The notes beneath the pieces were generated by a model. It ran no database searches and had not been told where the DNA came from. It saw only the letters and a program-made list of their open reading frames with translations. 64,000 bases of DNA from Botryllus schlosseri (taxonomy: Eukaryota): contig CM119371.1 in assembly GCA_051294905.1 (NCBI GenBank), forward strand, positions 20,090,001 to 20,154,000, written 5' to 3'. The position numbers were made by a program, and so were the translations under genes. Below, one piece after another: positions 63,352 through 64,000 of the stretch. The first letter of the stretch is position 1. Each line of letters opens with the position of its first letter.

Positions 63352-63669
63352 CAATGGCTTACCAACTTTTTTTAGACACGCACCCTTTATGATGAAGAAA
63401 ATTCCGCGCACCCCTTATCGTCATATCACAAAATGCAACCAAATGCTGACAATCCCATCTGATAGTGTGATTGCATGGTAGGTTATGACTGCTGATGAGA
63501 GAGTTCCCAAATATGTCATTTGAACTATACACACAGCAACAACAACTATGAACTGGGGGTAAATCACGTCGAGCGAGAATATTTTTTTTCAGGTGATCGC
63601 AGCGTCATGCCCTCTTTCAGATGCTTTCACGTGCCCTAAGGGGACGCTCATCCAGTTGGAGAACCACTG
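63352..63669 (+). mobile_element. hAT-type MITE (~290-bp family)
   Basis: TSD CTTTACAG vs ATTTACAG; ends GAGAACCACTG; interior aligns with 14287-14572. Confidence 0.8.
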
Positions 63670-64000
63670 ATTTACAGTGAATAGTTGCGATTGTACACGG
63701 CACACGTGAAGACATGGTGGGTGTGTCATTTGGTGGAAATATGGGTATGTACCAATGCCGACCAATATTGATCGATCTGTTGAATGGCTTCATCCCTTCA
63801 TCCACCGTGGTCTTTGGTCATTGCGGTTTTTGTATATTTCTTCCTTCAAGGAATTTGTTACAACTCTTTTTTAAAATCAAATGAGGATTCTATGCCTCTA
63901 TGGCGCAACCATTATGGCGTAAACATTATGCATTACGCGCACTGTGCACGGACAGACCAGACGCGACTGAATACTGATAGAGGCTTATTTAAAGCTACTT

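Larger units (their letters stand above)
53140..64000 (+). repeat. Segmental duplication unit 2 (runs to or past the window end)
   Basis: Colinear with 37030-48130 up to ~63970. Confidence 0.9.

Noticed and set aside
63490..63525. CTGATGA...CAAA...GTC hammerhead-like string
   Set aside because: GAAA core is broken and the motif is not conserved in sister MITE copies.

Overview
AT-rich eukaryotic (animal) genomic DNA, dense in transposons; a marine invertebrate such as an ascidian is a plausible source (inference from gene and repeat content, not proven). Most long ORFs in the six-frame track are spurious; the real genes are small and spliced. Hand-assembled exons give: (1) two divergently oriented secreted single IGFBP-N-terminal (IB/SIBD-type) domain genes (minus 11912-9849, plus 24608-29942) plus a pseudogenised third exon (15909-16065); (2) two paralogous 3-exon genes for a 94-aa secreted, strongly cationic, cysteine-rich peptide that I cannot assign to a family (minus 39652-38709 and 57930-54638), lying in a tandem segmental duplication (~37030-48130 vs ~53140-64000). 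The first copy has a perfect 75-bp inverted duplication that folds its last exon onto the downstream sequence. Repeats include many hAT-type MITEs with 8-bp TSDs (often nested), a Kolobok-like TTAA element, solo LTRs, tRNA-derived SINEs, Penelope-like GIY-YIG relics, a GC-rich hAT transposase relic, and a 334-bp palindromic element carrying a minimal hammerhead ribozyme motif in each arm.
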